In this document: positions 8,610-18,635 of the stretch, one piece after another
How positions within the stretch are numbered: the stretch's first letter is position 1
How the letters are laid out: each line of letters begins with the position of its first letter
DNA from: a virus
DNA: 64,000 nucleotides
Virus record (IMG/VR): IMGVR_UViG_3300042449_000993
Span: 32,001-96,000 of that record
Reading direction: 5' to 3' (one strand)
Made by a program: the position numbers and the translations under genes
Notes under the pieces: generated by a model
Databases searched by the model: none
What the model was told of the DNA's origin: nothing
What the model saw: only the letters and a program-made list of their open reading frames with translations

Positions 8610-9524
8610 TTATATACCTTCATTTGCAATCATTATTTCGTCTACAATCGCTCTAAAATTATTTCTACTTTCTTCGTTTGCTCTAGTGATCTTTCTTTGA
8701 TGTTCTCTATTTTCTACAGAAAAGAGATCGCCAGTGCTAATCAAATTAAATCTTGGCTGCTGAAGATTGATCGTATGCTGTTGCTGCAGATCTAGATATT
8801 CAGCCTCATCATTTGTTTTAAGAATTTCAGATTTCCAATAACGATAGGTTAATGTCACCTGCAATCTGTTTACTGCATCATCACCCCAGTTAGTTTGAAG
8901 CGGAGCAACTGAAACAGGATATGCTTCTAAGAGATGGCACATGAACATTGCTTGATTCAATTCGTTATACTGAGTAATCTGAACTGTACAAACATAATCT
9001 TCTCTATACTTAAAGTCAAAAGAGTATGGAGTATTGATAATACTCATCCAAGTTTCAAAGATTTGTTTTTGAATTAGATTGTTATCGCACAATAATGTTA
9101 ACGTCACATCTCCATAAGCACTCATATATGGACTTTTATAACTTGGTCCGTAAATTCTGGCGTCTGAAGTGATCAACTCTCTTCCTGGAAACTCTGCCTG
9201 CTCGCATTTAAAACTGAGAAGATTTGAGAAATCTTGTTGATTTAATTCTGAGAATAGTTTTTGTAGTTGAAAGTCAACGATAAATCTATTGCTTCGAGAA
9301 AATCCAGTAACACGATTTCTAGCCAGAAAACCTGAGATACTAGAGAAATTTTCGTTTCTGCCTTGAGTAGTAAATTCTTCTAATCCATCAGATGTTACTG
9401 GAACATCTTGAACAACATCAGCGGCTAATGCAGCAGAATCGCTTTGTTGTTCTACGCTACCAACCGTTGTGCCATTTGTTGAATTGATGGCTGATTGAGA
9501 AATTGGTCTTACTGGATCTTCCAT
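8610..9524 (-). CDS. Tail tube-fold protein (gp54/gp19-like tube initiator)
   Basis: SRSNRF, CEQAEFPG, AYPVSV, LQVTLTYRYW tube-fold motifs. Confidence 0.7.
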   Translation of the reverse strand: MEDPVRPISQSAINSTNGTTVGSVEQQSDSAALAADVVQDVPVTSDGLEEFTTQGRNENFSSISGFLARNRVTGFSRSNRFIVDFQLQKLFSELNQQDFSNLLSFKCEQAEFPGRELITSDARIYGPSYKSPYMSAYGDVTLTLLCDNNLIQKQIFETWMSIINTPYSFDFKYREDYVCTVQITQYNELNQAMFMCHLLEAYPVSVAPLQTNWGDDAVNRLQVTLTYRYWKSEILKTNDEAEYLDLQQQHTINLQQPRFNLISTGDLFSVENREHQRKITRANEESRNNFRAIVDEIMIANEGI

Positions 9525-10072
9525 TACGTTTTATACACCATCTTTTCGGTTGGCAAAAATATTGCAGTTTCCCACTGACTAGGCTCAATATAAATTAATG
9601 ACGAACGAATATGAGAATAAAGATATCGCTTCACGCATGGCTCAATCATATTAAATCTTCTTGATTTAGACAATAAATCATAAGATAATCTAAATCTTGT
9701 AGTATCGTCGTATTTATCGTTGTTTATAAAATCCTGCAGACGATCTAATAATAGCAGACGAGTGTATGGATCAATAAAGTGTAGATTCAATCCGAGGAAT
9801 CCATCTGAATACATTTCCATCGGAAGAACGAGTGGGAATTTATCCCAAACTGGAAGTTTATCTTTATATTTCGGATCGTAATGGAAGAAATACATTCTTC
9901 CCACGAATGCACGAGGGGAAATTCTGTTTGCATCGTTTAGAATGTTCGAACGATTTGATGGAATTTTAAGTTGAGATATCTTACCGAACAACCATGCTCG
10001 AGCATTTTGAGATCGAGGCGGGAATCCCGCTGCGGTCATTTCAGATTTTAATTTATCAAGTAGTGATGGCAT
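9524..10072 (-). CDS. 2: DNA end protector protein gp2
   Basis: GRMYFFHYDPKYKDKLPVWDKFPLV, GFLGLNLH, CVKRYL, WETAIFLP. Confidence 0.88.
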   Translation of the reverse strand: MPSLLDKLKSEMTAAGFPPRSQNARAWLFGKISQLKIPSNRSNILNDANRISPRAFVGRMYFFHYDPKYKDKLPVWDKFPLVLPMEMYSDGFLGLNLHFIDPYTRLLLLDRLQDFINNDKYDDTTRFRLSYDLLSKSRRFNMIEPCVKRYLYSHIRSSLIYIEPSQWETAIFLPTEKMVYKT

Positions 10073-10506
10073 CAGATACCTATTTCTTGTTCCGTGATTA
10101 ATTTAAAGGTCCAGTTACGATCTTTACAATACTCTGATGCAGCCTTCCATTTTGCTTCGTTTACACCCCAAGTCATAACTTCGGTGATATATCTTCGTGT
10201 GATCTTAGATTTCTTTACTGGTGGTTTAGTCTGACTTTTAGGTTTTACTTCTAAAATCATTGACTCCACAACTCCAGTTCGATTTTTTATCTTAACAAAG
10301 AAGTCTGGAAAGTATCTATGCCAGCGATTATCAACAGGCGATAAATACGGAATAACGATTTCTTCATTTGACCATTCGATCACACTTGGATTTGTGTCCA
10401 AATGCACCATGACTCGGCGTTCCCAGAGACTTCTGTACCAGATGTTCGTAGGATCACCTAAATATTTATTGGTATTTTTCGGACTAAATTTTCCACTGTA
10501 AGCCAT
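10072..10506 (-). CDS. 4: Head completion protein gp4 (TnsA-like nuclease fold)
   Basis: YSGKFSPKN, KYLGDP, YRSLWE, HRYFPDF, EVKP, NEAKWKAA. Confidence 0.9.
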   Translation of the reverse strand: MAYSGKFSPKNTNKYLGDPTNIWYRSLWERRVMVHLDTNPSVIEWSNEEIVIPYLSPVDNRWHRYFPDFFVKIKNRTGVVESMILEVKPKSQTKPPVKKSKITRRYITEVMTWGVNEAKWKAASEYCKDRNWTFKLITEQEIGI

Positions 10507-10510
10507 CAAC

Positions 10511-10518
10511 TATTTATA
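10511..10518 (-). promoter_or_regulatory. T4-type late promoter for the gp4 operon
   Basis: TATTTATA on + equals TATAAATA on -, 4 nt before the gp4 ATG. Confidence 0.65.
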
Positions 10519-10528
10519 GGACATTTTA

Positions 10529-11725
10529 ATGGCAGGACCACTCACTCGAAGCAGTACAGGACCAGCAAAAAAAGAACGAGAGTTAGTTTTAGCTGAGCGA
10601 CCAAAACAATTCGATGGTCCATTAAAGGCATTGGAAACGTTTGAAGAAGGCGCAGAAGTTCTGACATATCCTCAAGATTTAGGTAACAACAATCAATTTA
10701 AGTATGTGATGAGATTGTTGATTTTTCGTCAAATACGAGATGTGAATGCTGTACCAATTATAACTCCGAATACACTAGATTTTTCTAGAAAAGCATCCCA
10801 AGAAGGGAGGCTTAGAACAGATATTGTAAATCCTACAACAGTCACTGCAGTACTTGCAGGAGCTGCAGGTGCAGTAGTTGGAAGAGTTGTTGAAGAATTT
10901 GCCTCAAAAGGTTCTCGAGCTTCTGGTGCTTTAAACGCTGTGGGGGATGCTGCTGTCTCTGCAGCGCAACTTACAGGTGCATTTGCGGTCGCAAATGCAT
11001 TTGATTCTGGATTTTCTGGAAGTCAAAACGTAGTTACTGATCCACTCTCATATATTAATCTTTATATGCCAGATGGTCTCAATTTCGTTGATCGTCATGA
11101 TTACGATGCTGTTTCTGTCACAGATGCTCTTGGTAATTTGGGAGTTTTAGGGACAGGTTCTGTTACAGAAATTGGAGCTCGTTTGGGTGAGAATGCTCGA
11201 ATTGCTGGTGTGCAATTGTTGGGGCAAAACATTACTGACTTGGCTCTTTATAACTCTGGATATGCATTAAATCCTCAACTTCAAGTATTGTTTAAGGGAA
11301 GTAAGAATAGAGAGTTTGTCTTTACCTTCAAATTTGTTCCAAGAAATGCGAATGAAGCGGAAACAATTGAAGGCATAATTCGCACGCTTCGCTATCATGC
11401 CGCTCCAAATTATCAAAGATCAGGTGAAGATGGATTGGCAGGAACTTTTTTTGGTGTTGGCGTAGGTGCAACAGACAATTCAAGATACTTTATTCCACCA
11501 TCTCAATTTGAGATTGAATTTTTAGTAATGACGAATGGCGCAGCGATACCGAATACAAAAATGCCAAGAATCGCTCAGTGCGTGCTTACAAATATTGACG
11601 TCAATTATGCTCCAAGCGGTCAATTTTCTGCGTATGAAGATTTTCAGCCAGTTGAAACCCAAGTCCAATTGACGTTTACTGAAACAATCATCCTCACCAA
11701 AGAAGATATTCAGGCTGGATACTAA
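10529..11725 (+). CDS. 48: Baseplate tail tube cap gp48
   Basis: LYMPD, NPQLQVLFKG..REFVFTFKFVPRN..EA, CVLTNIDVNYAP, LTFTE. Confidence 0.85.
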   Translation: MAGPLTRSSTGPAKKERELVLAERPKQFDGPLKALETFEEGAEVLTYPQDLGNNNQFKYVMRLLIFRQIRDVNAVPIITPNTLDFSRKASQEGRLRTDIVNPTTVTAVLAGAAGAVVGRVVEEFASKGSRASGALNAVGDAAVSAAQLTGAFAVANAFDSGFSGSQNVVTDPLSYINLYMPDGLNFVDRHDYDAVSVTDALGNLGVLGTGSVTEIGARLGENARIAGVQLLGQNITDLALYNSGYALNPQLQVLFKGSKNREFVFTFKFVPRNANEAETIEGIIRTLRYHAAPNYQRSGEDGLAGTFFGVGVGATDNSRYFIPPSQFEIEFLVMTNGAAIPNTKMPRIAQCVLTNIDVNYAPSGQFSAYEDFQPVETQVQLTFTETIILTKEDIQAGY

Positions 11726-12609
11726 TGTCATATTTTTCCAATTTTCCCAAAATGTTATATTCAACATCTTTGGGTGTTGCAAATCCGAAAGCAGTCACAA
11801 ATATAATTGCAAAGGTTAATTTTCTTTCTGAGAGTATTAACAATACGAGCATCTTTTACAATTATTCTGTAAAAGACGGAGAGCGACCAGAAGATATTGC
11901 ATATAAAATGTATAAAGATCCAAAAAAGCATTGGATCATTTTACTGTCGAATAATATTTTAGATCCTCAATATGATTGGGTCTTAAGCACAAATCAATTA
12001 GAAGATTATATTAATAAAAAATATAGTTCAATAACATTTAATCTGGATCCATCTGAATCATATACCTCAAGTTACACGGTCGGCGAAACAGTATATCAGG
12101 GAAGTTCTTTAGATAAGGCAGATTGCGTTGGAACAGTTGTTGCTTATAGCAGCGGAAATAAAACACTACAAATTAAATTTGCAGACCAAGTTTTCGCAAA
12201 TAACGCAAATGTAACTGGCGCAACTTCAAATGTGACTCATAAAGTTGTAGGAATGACTTATAATAATGATGGATATAATTGGGCTTCAAATACAACTTAT
12301 TATTCTTTATTGACAGAAGTTGCATCAAATAATTACGATGGTAAAAAGACAACAACCAAATATCAAGTAACTGCAAAAGATTATAATTGGGAAACTGATT
12401 CTGTAATTGATAAAAATGTGAACATATCGTATTCAAATACCTATAATCTAGTTGATGGATCAACTTTAACAGTCGACACTACTATTGCTCCTGTAACTTA
12501 TTATGATTATGAATTAAATCTAAATGAAGAAAAACGAAGCATCATTATTATTAAACCAACATTTGTTCCATCAATAGAGAACGAGTTGCGCAGATTGATG
12601 AGATCATAA
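11725..12609 (+). CDS. 53: Baseplate wedge subunit gp53
   Basis: MSYFSNFP, YSVKDGERPEDIAYKMY..HWIILLSN, YELNLNEEKR. Confidence 0.88.
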   Translation: MSYFSNFPKMLYSTSLGVANPKAVTNIIAKVNFLSESINNTSIFYNYSVKDGERPEDIAYKMYKDPKKHWIILLSNNILDPQYDWVLSTNQLEDYINKKYSSITFNLDPSESYTSSYTVGETVYQGSSLDKADCVGTVVAYSSGNKTLQIKFADQVFANNANVTGATSNVTHKVVGMTYNNDGYNWASNTTYYSLLTEVASNNYDGKKTTTKYQVTAKDYNWETDSVIDKNVNISYSNTYNLVDGSTLTVDTTIAPVTYYDYELNLNEEKRSIIIIKPTFVPSIENELRRLMRS

Positions 12610-12610
12610 T

Positions 12611-13903
12611 ATGGCGACTAATATTGAAACAACAATATTTGATATTACTTCGATATCAATCGTAAGTCCATCAATTGGAACTGTTGATCTAAAAGACTTT
12701 AAGTTTACTGTAGAGGATTTTAGTATCTACGAAAGCATTTATAACAGCGTTGTTTCTGGACACTTACTAATTAAAGATGCATCTAATCAATTGTCTAAAT
12801 TGTGTTTATCAGGCACTGAGTTTCTTTATATCAATTTTATGAAAGCAGAAGGTTTGGCGCCATACGAAAAGGTGTTTCGAATCTATAAAATTTCTGATGT
12901 AACTCTAAAGAATAATACAACAACATTGACCTATAGAATTGACTTTTGCTCAGAAGAGTTTTTACTTGATCATCAAATTAGAATTTCAAAGTCATACAAA
13001 GGGTTTTATAATTTTCAAATTGCTGCAGATATTTTAGTTAATTATCTTGGAGTTTCTCCAGAAAGAGTGACTTTAGAACCAACTGTTCTTCCTCATGATG
13101 AGTTTATTATTCCAAATTTAAAACCATTTGAAGCATTGAATATGCTCACAGCATTTTCACTCAACAACAATTTAACCTCAGCGTTTGTATTTTTCGAGAC
13201 CGTTTCTGGTTATAAATTTGTAAGTTTGGAGTCTTTGATACAGGCTGATGATGCTCGAACCATTTATCTTCGTCCCCAAAATGTAAGTAATGAAACTGAT
13301 TCTTTAGCAGGAATAGACTACATCAGCGATTTTAATATTTCTCAGTTATTCAATGTGTTGCAAACAATGTCAACTGGTGGTTATGCATCATCAATGTTAA
13401 AAATGGATCTAATCAAGCAAGATGTGCAAACAGCATTCTCAGATCCAGCATCTTCAACACCTGTCACAACGTTGAATGCATTTTTACCAATGAATGACGC
13501 GAAAAATAGATTTAATGATAGAATAATTGATGCTTCAGCATATCAAAGATTCTTCACTAACGTAAAAGGTGGATTAATTGACAAGATTATGTTGCAAAGA
13601 GCGCATCAATTTTCTCTTTTAAATAACTATACAATGCAAGTTACAATGGCTGGCGATACAAGTTACGAAGCAGGTCAAGTGATCAGCGTTGACTTTCCAT
13701 ATCTGCAACCAATTAATGAAGCAGAAGAAACTCAAGTAGATCCATACAAGGCAGGTCGCTATCTTCTTACTGCCGTTCGCCATCGAATTCTTAACAATAA
13801 ATACATCTGCTATCTTGAATTATGCAAAGATTCAGTTCTACAGCCATTCCCTTCTGCTGTTGCTGATGATTCTCAACTCTTAACATCTGCTAGATTATCA
13901 TGA
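12611..13903 (+). CDS. Baseplate hub protein (gp27-like)
   Basis: Between gp53 and gp5; IYESI, SKSYKG, FVFFET, GRYLLTAVRH. Confidence 0.65.
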   Translation: MATNIETTIFDITSISIVSPSIGTVDLKDFKFTVEDFSIYESIYNSVVSGHLLIKDASNQLSKLCLSGTEFLYINFMKAEGLAPYEKVFRIYKISDVTLKNNTTTLTYRIDFCSEEFLLDHQIRISKSYKGFYNFQIAADILVNYLGVSPERVTLEPTVLPHDEFIIPNLKPFEALNMLTAFSLNNNLTSAFVFFETVSGYKFVSLESLIQADDARTIYLRPQNVSNETDSLAGIDYISDFNISQLFNVLQTMSTGGYASSMLKMDLIKQDVQTAFSDPASSTPVTTLNAFLPMNDAKNRFNDRIIDASAYQRFFTNVKGGLIDKIMLQRAHQFSLLNNYTMQVTMAGDTSYEAGQVISVDFPYLQPINEAEETQVDPYKAGRYLLTAVRHRILNNKYICYLELCKDSVLQPFPSAVADDSQLLTSARLS

Positions 13904-16125
13904 GTAAATTTCGAAAAGACTTTATCGGATTAGATGGATTTCAGTGGTGGTTCGGTGTGGTTGAAAACCGAAACGATCCATTATTGCTTGGAAGATGTCA
14001 AGTTCGCATTTATGGAATACATTCTCCAAATTTAACTGATATTCCATCAGCAGACCTTCCTTGGGCTTTGCCAGTCCATTCACTAAACAATCAAACCTTC
14101 TCAACACCAAAAGAAGGTGATTATGTTTTTGGATTCTTTATTGATGGATCATATGCGCAACAACCAGTAATGATGGGTATTGTTCCTGGAATTCCTGAGT
14201 CAATGACTGATCCAAATTCTGGATTTGCTGATCTTAGAACCCCAGAAGAAATTGCAAATTCACCAAAAAGAACAAGATCAGTTGAGTATGCTACAGATGG
14301 TACTGGCGCAACTCTTGAAGAATATACTGATGAAGAAGAATTGTCGGCATTAAGAAATCCATCTGCATTTCAAATTGGTTTTCCAACAAATAGCCCACTC
14401 GCAAGAAACGAGCAGGTAGACGAAACAATTCTTTCTGCCAAGAAAGCATCAGTTGTCACTGTTCCAATTTCAGAAGAAAACCAATGGAAAGAACCAGATC
14501 CTGCATATGATGCAGAGTATCCATTCAATAAAGTTTGGGAAACAGAATCTGGTCACATTATGGAGTTTGATGATACTCCAGGATCAGAGCGTGTTCATAT
14601 TGCACACAGATCTGGAACATTCCAAGAAATTTATCCTTCTGGAACTAAAGTCGAAAAGATTGTAAAAAACAATTATAAAATTGTTTTCTCTGATCATCAT
14701 GTTTACATTAAGGGGCGTGTAAATCTTACCGTTGAATCAAATGTAAACATGAAGGTCTATGGACATGTTAATCTTGAAGCCCACAATGACATCAATGCTA
14801 ATGTTGCTGGAAGTGTGAACTATACTGTCGGCGGTGACTTTAATGTGAAGGCTGAGAATATTAATCTTGAAGCCAACAGTTATATCAATCAACTTGCAAA
14901 TACTGGCGTGTTTATTACTGGCAATGGAGATGACGACGACGGCGGTGTGTTCATAGTTGGAGAAGGTTCAGTTGGACTTCAGGGTGGAGAAGTTTCAGTT
15001 CTTTCTACAGTTGGAACTACGATAACTGCAGGTATTGACATTTCATTGACTGCTGGTGGATTTATCGCTGCTCAAGCTGGCGGTGCAGTTAGCATTCAAG
15101 CAGGGGCGCAATTTAATGTTCTTGCTGCTGGTACTGCGGCAATGACAGCAGCCACAGTCGGATTGAATGGAGCGGTTATCTCTCTCACCTCTGCTGGTCT
15201 TGTGAATTTGCAGGGTACAGTTGTTGGTGTTGGTGCAAGTCTCGTTGCTCCATTACAAACGTTCACAACATTCCCACCATCTCCTATAATTGGTGTTCCA
15301 ATCCCAGGAATTCCAGCTGGGGAAGTAATTCCTGCCTCACCAACAGGATTAGGCGATCCACTTGAATTGCTCGAATATAACGATCCTCCTGTGTTCTTTG
15401 AGAAGAGCCCAAGCGTTCGACTTCCTCCAGATCGAGCTGCAGATATTGAACAACAGATTCTAGAATACGTTAAGAATCCAAACTCCTTCTATAATGAAGA
15501 CGCAGATCGTGGTGATGTGAAGTCGAATTATCAAGGAACACCAGATACAAGCGGATTTGGTGATTCGTTAATTAATCCAAATAATCCAAACATCGATGAT
15601 GCTTCAGATTTGGCTGCTTGGCTAGAAGAACAATTATCAAAGACCAGTTCAGGCGGCTTCTGGTTAGAAACTGGAATGAGTGGAGGAGATTCAAATCCAA
15701 ACATTATAAACATCTGGAAAGATCTAGGATTTGGAAACAGAGCTCCATGGAACACCGACCAAACCGCATGGTGTATGGGCTTCATCAACTATGGTCTCAA
15801 ACAAAATGGATACCGTTTCGTCCAAACTGCAAGAGCGTTTGACATTCGAGATCGTTTGTCAGATTTCGGCGCAACTCAGGTCATAAATCCAAGCGAGGCA
15901 AGACCTGGAGATATCGCTCTTTGGAAATATAGTCACGTCAGCTTTGTCTATAAAAACAATAATGGTGCCCTTTCGTTTGTGGGTGGAAATCAAAAGAGTC
16001 GCAGCAGCGTTGGTGGCTCTAAGAATAATCCTTCGCAGGGTGATGTAAGTATCTCTTGGCAAAATGGTTATTCGTCTCCAGGAGATGGAACTTTGCTCGG
16101 AATCTTTAGACCTGTAAAAGTCTAA
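13900..16125 (+). CDS. 5: Baseplate central spike gp5 with C-terminal CHAP/NlpC-like hydrolase domain
   Basis: OB-fold WWFGVVENRNDPLLLGRCQVRI, YPFNKVWETESGH, beta-helix repeats; C-terminal TAWCMGF...PGDIALW..SHVSFV...GGNQ. Confidence 0.88.
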   Translation: MSKFRKDFIGLDGFQWWFGVVENRNDPLLLGRCQVRIYGIHSPNLTDIPSADLPWALPVHSLNNQTFSTPKEGDYVFGFFIDGSYAQQPVMMGIVPGIPESMTDPNSGFADLRTPEEIANSPKRTRSVEYATDGTGATLEEYTDEEELSALRNPSAFQIGFPTNSPLARNEQVDETILSAKKASVVTVPISEENQWKEPDPAYDAEYPFNKVWETESGHIMEFDDTPGSERVHIAHRSGTFQEIYPSGTKVEKIVKNNYKIVFSDHHVYIKGRVNLTVESNVNMKVYGHVNLEAHNDINANVAGSVNYTVGGDFNVKAENINLEANSYINQLANTGVFITGNGDDDDGGVFIVGEGSVGLQGGEVSVLSTVGTTITAGIDISLTAGGFIAAQAGGAVSIQAGAQFNVLAAGTAAMTAATVGLNGAVISLTSAGLVNLQGTVVGVGASLVAPLQTFTTFPPSPIIGVPIPGIPAGEVIPASPTGLGDPLELLEYNDPPVFFEKSPSVRLPPDRAADIEQQILEYVKNPNSFYNEDADRGDVKSNYQGTPDTSGFGDSLINPNNPNIDDASDLAAWLEEQLSKTSSGGFWLETGMSGGDSNPNIINIWKDLGFGNRAPWNTDQTAWCMGFINYGLKQNGYRFVQTARAFDIRDRLSDFGATQVINPSEARPGDIALWKYSHVSFVYKNNNGALSFVGGNQKSRSSVGGSKNNPSQGDVSISWQNGYSSPGDGTLLGIFRPVKV

Positions 16126-16133
16126 TATAAATA
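16126..16133 (+). promoter_or_regulatory. T4-type late promoter upstream of gp25
   Basis: Exact TATAAATA in the intergenic gap. Confidence 0.7.
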
Positions 16134-16157
16134 TAAAAACAAATTTTAGAGTAAAAA

Positions 16158-16550
16158 ATGGCAGCAGAAGAAAGAGCATTTTCTGATCTAGATTTAAATT
16201 TTACGAAACATCCGATTACAAAAGATGTTGCTCGTAAAACTGGGTATAATGCGATTATCGCTTCTTTAAAGAATTTAATTAATACTAATTTCTACGAAAG
16301 ACCATTTAATCCAAAATTGGGAAGCAATATTCGCGGTTTACTGTTCGAACCATTAGATCCGTTAACAGGAACTGTTCTACAAAAAGAATTGAAAATTCTT
16401 ATTGATAACTATGAACCAAGAGTTTCTGTGAGAGATATACAAGTAGTGGCTGATTATGATAGAAATGCATATCAAGTTACTTTAACATTTTTTACGGTTA
16501 ATTCTACTGAACCACTCAGAACAGTATTATTTTTAAATAGGTTGAGATAA
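16158..16550 (+). CDS. 25: Baseplate wedge subunit gp25
   Basis: FSDLDLNF, ERPFNPKLGS, NYEPRV. Confidence 0.92.
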   Translation: MAAEERAFSDLDLNFTKHPITKDVARKTGYNAIIASLKNLINTNFYERPFNPKLGSNIRGLLFEPLDPLTGTVLQKELKILIDNYEPRVSVRDIQVVADYDRNAYQVTLTFFTVNSTEPLRTVLFLNRLR

Positions 16551-18634
16551 TGTCAGCAAACTTAGAAAGTAAATTGATTGTTTCAAATCCAGACTTTAAT
16601 GCGATTCGAAGCAACTTAAAAGATTTTTTGCGAGCTCAAACCACTTTTTCGGATTATGATTTCGAAGGTTCTGGTCTTTCTAATTTGATCGATCTGTTAG
16701 CGTATAACACTCACTATATGGCTTTCTATGCAAACATGATTGCAAACGAAGCCTTCTTGGATACAGCCTCACTTCGTGATGCAGTAGTTTCTCACGCCAA
16801 GATGCTTGGATATACTCCAACTTCTGTAACAAGTGCACGTGCAAATGTGAATCTAACCTTCACACAAGCAAATAATGCGGCTGTGGCAAATTTAACATCT
16901 CTCACGATTCCAAGATTTACAAAATTTGCTGGAATTTCTTTAAACGGAGTCAACTATACATTCACGACTCTTGAAGAAAAAACTGTAACAAAAGCCAATT
17001 CAGCATTTACATTCTCCAATCTCGAGATTACTGAAGGCAAACCAATAAACATTGTCTTCACTTATAGTGCGCAAAATAACCCACTACAACAATTTACAAT
17101 TCCTGATCCAGATGTTGATACGTCAACACTAGAAGTTATTGTTCAAAACTCTGCTGCCGACTTAACTCAAAAAACATATACGCTTGCTCTAGATGCAACT
17201 GAAGTTTCAGCAAATAGCGCAGTTTATTATCTTGATGAAATTAATGATGGAAAATATCAAGTATACTTCGGTGATGGTATTTTAGGTAAACAACTTTCAG
17301 ATAGCAACATTGTGATTTTGAGTTATTTGAGAAGTAAGGGTGCTGATTCGAATAAGACAAATCAATTCACACTAATTGATTCAGTTGGAACATTAACAAG
17401 CGGAACAGTTGTGGTCAACGATGCTGCTCAAGGTGGCACATCTGCAGAATCTATTAATAAAATTAAATTTACTGCGCCAAAAGCATTTGCTGCAAGAAAT
17501 AGAGCAGTCACAAAAACAGATTATATTTCTCTAATTCAACGCGACTATCCTTCTCTTGAAGCAGTCAACGTTTGGGGTGGTGAAGAAAATGATCCACCAG
17601 TTTACGGCAAAGTCTTTATTTCTGCAAAACCTGCTTCTGGCTACGAATTAACAACAACAGAAAAACAATATATTTTAAATGAGGTTGTTGCCCCGTTAAG
17701 CATGGTAACTGTAACACCAGAATTTGTTGACCCAGATTATAATTATTTGAATCTAAGTGTTAAAGTTACTTACGATCCAACTGCAACAACGAAAACTCCA
17801 GGTCAGATTGTAAGCTCTGTAAAATCAGCTGTGTACAACTTTGCAAATACAAACCTTGACAATTTCAATTCATACTTCAAAGTTTCTCGTTTGACAAGAG
17901 AAATTGATAATATCGAAACTGCAATTTTAAGTAACGAAATTGACGTTACAATTGAGAAAAGACTTGAACCAATTCTTGGCGCAACACCAAGAAACTATAC
18001 TTTGAAATATTATACGCCACTAAAGAAATCAACTAGCGGAAATAGAATTCGCTCAACTCCAGCATTTACTGCATATGACAGCGAAGATGTTGTTCGTCAG
18101 GTATTCTTCGAAGAAGTGCCCCAGTCAACAACAGGCATCTCATCAATAACCATTAAAGCAGGTGGTTCAGGATTTACTGTTGCTCCAGAGATAAGAATCA
18201 CAGGCGATGGCTATGGAGCAGCCGCAACAGCAGTAATTACAAACGGCAAAATCACCTCTGTAAATATTACAAATGCTGGCTCAGAATATACAACAGCAGT
18301 TGTGAAAGCATATGACTCTGATGGAAACGAATTGACAAGCGTTTTACTTGAAGCAGTTATTCAGAATAGCGTCGGTAAACTTCGAACATACTATTTCGAT
18401 GACAATCAAATTAAAACCATTCTTTCTGAAGATGCTGCAACAGTAGATTATGCTGCTGGAACAATCACACTTCAAAACTTCTCACCACTTGATATTAGAA
18501 ATACTTTAAAAGTTCTTAAGTTCTATGCAATGCCTGAGAATAATTTGTTCAGTTCAACAAGAAGTTCAATTATAACAGTTGATCAAGAAGATGCAGCTGC
18601 AATCACTGTCGACGCTATACCTGTAACAATCTAA
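16550..18634 (+). CDS. 6: Baseplate wedge subunit gp6
   Basis: FSDYDFEGSGLS, LAYNTHY, FGDGILGK, RAVTKTDY, VWGGEENDPPVYGKVFIS. Confidence 0.93.
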   Translation: MSANLESKLIVSNPDFNAIRSNLKDFLRAQTTFSDYDFEGSGLSNLIDLLAYNTHYMAFYANMIANEAFLDTASLRDAVVSHAKMLGYTPTSVTSARANVNLTFTQANNAAVANLTSLTIPRFTKFAGISLNGVNYTFTTLEEKTVTKANSAFTFSNLEITEGKPINIVFTYSAQNNPLQQFTIPDPDVDTSTLEVIVQNSAADLTQKTYTLALDATEVSANSAVYYLDEINDGKYQVYFGDGILGKQLSDSNIVILSYLRSKGADSNKTNQFTLIDSVGTLTSGTVVVNDAAQGGTSAESINKIKFTAPKAFAARNRAVTKTDYISLIQRDYPSLEAVNVWGGEENDPPVYGKVFISAKPASGYELTTTEKQYILNEVVAPLSMVTVTPEFVDPDYNYLNLSVKVTYDPTATTKTPGQIVSSVKSAVYNFANTNLDNFNSYFKVSRLTREIDNIETAILSNEIDVTIEKRLEPILGATPRNYTLKYYTPLKKSTSGNRIRSTPAFTAYDSEDVVRQVFFEEVPQSTTGISSITIKAGGSGFTVAPEIRITGDGYGAAATAVITNGKITSVNITNAGSEYTTAVVKAYDSDGNELTSVLLEAVIQNSVGKLRTYYFDDNQIKTILSEDAATVDYAAGTITLQNFSPLDIRNTLKVLKFYAMPENNLFSSTRSSIITVDQEDAAAITVDAIPVTI

Positions 18635-18635
18635 T

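Noticed and set aside
10072-10506. TnsA-like nuclease as a transposon or homing endonuclease
   Set aside because: Motifs and position next to gp2 match core head completion protein gp4; no inverted repeats or other mobility genes
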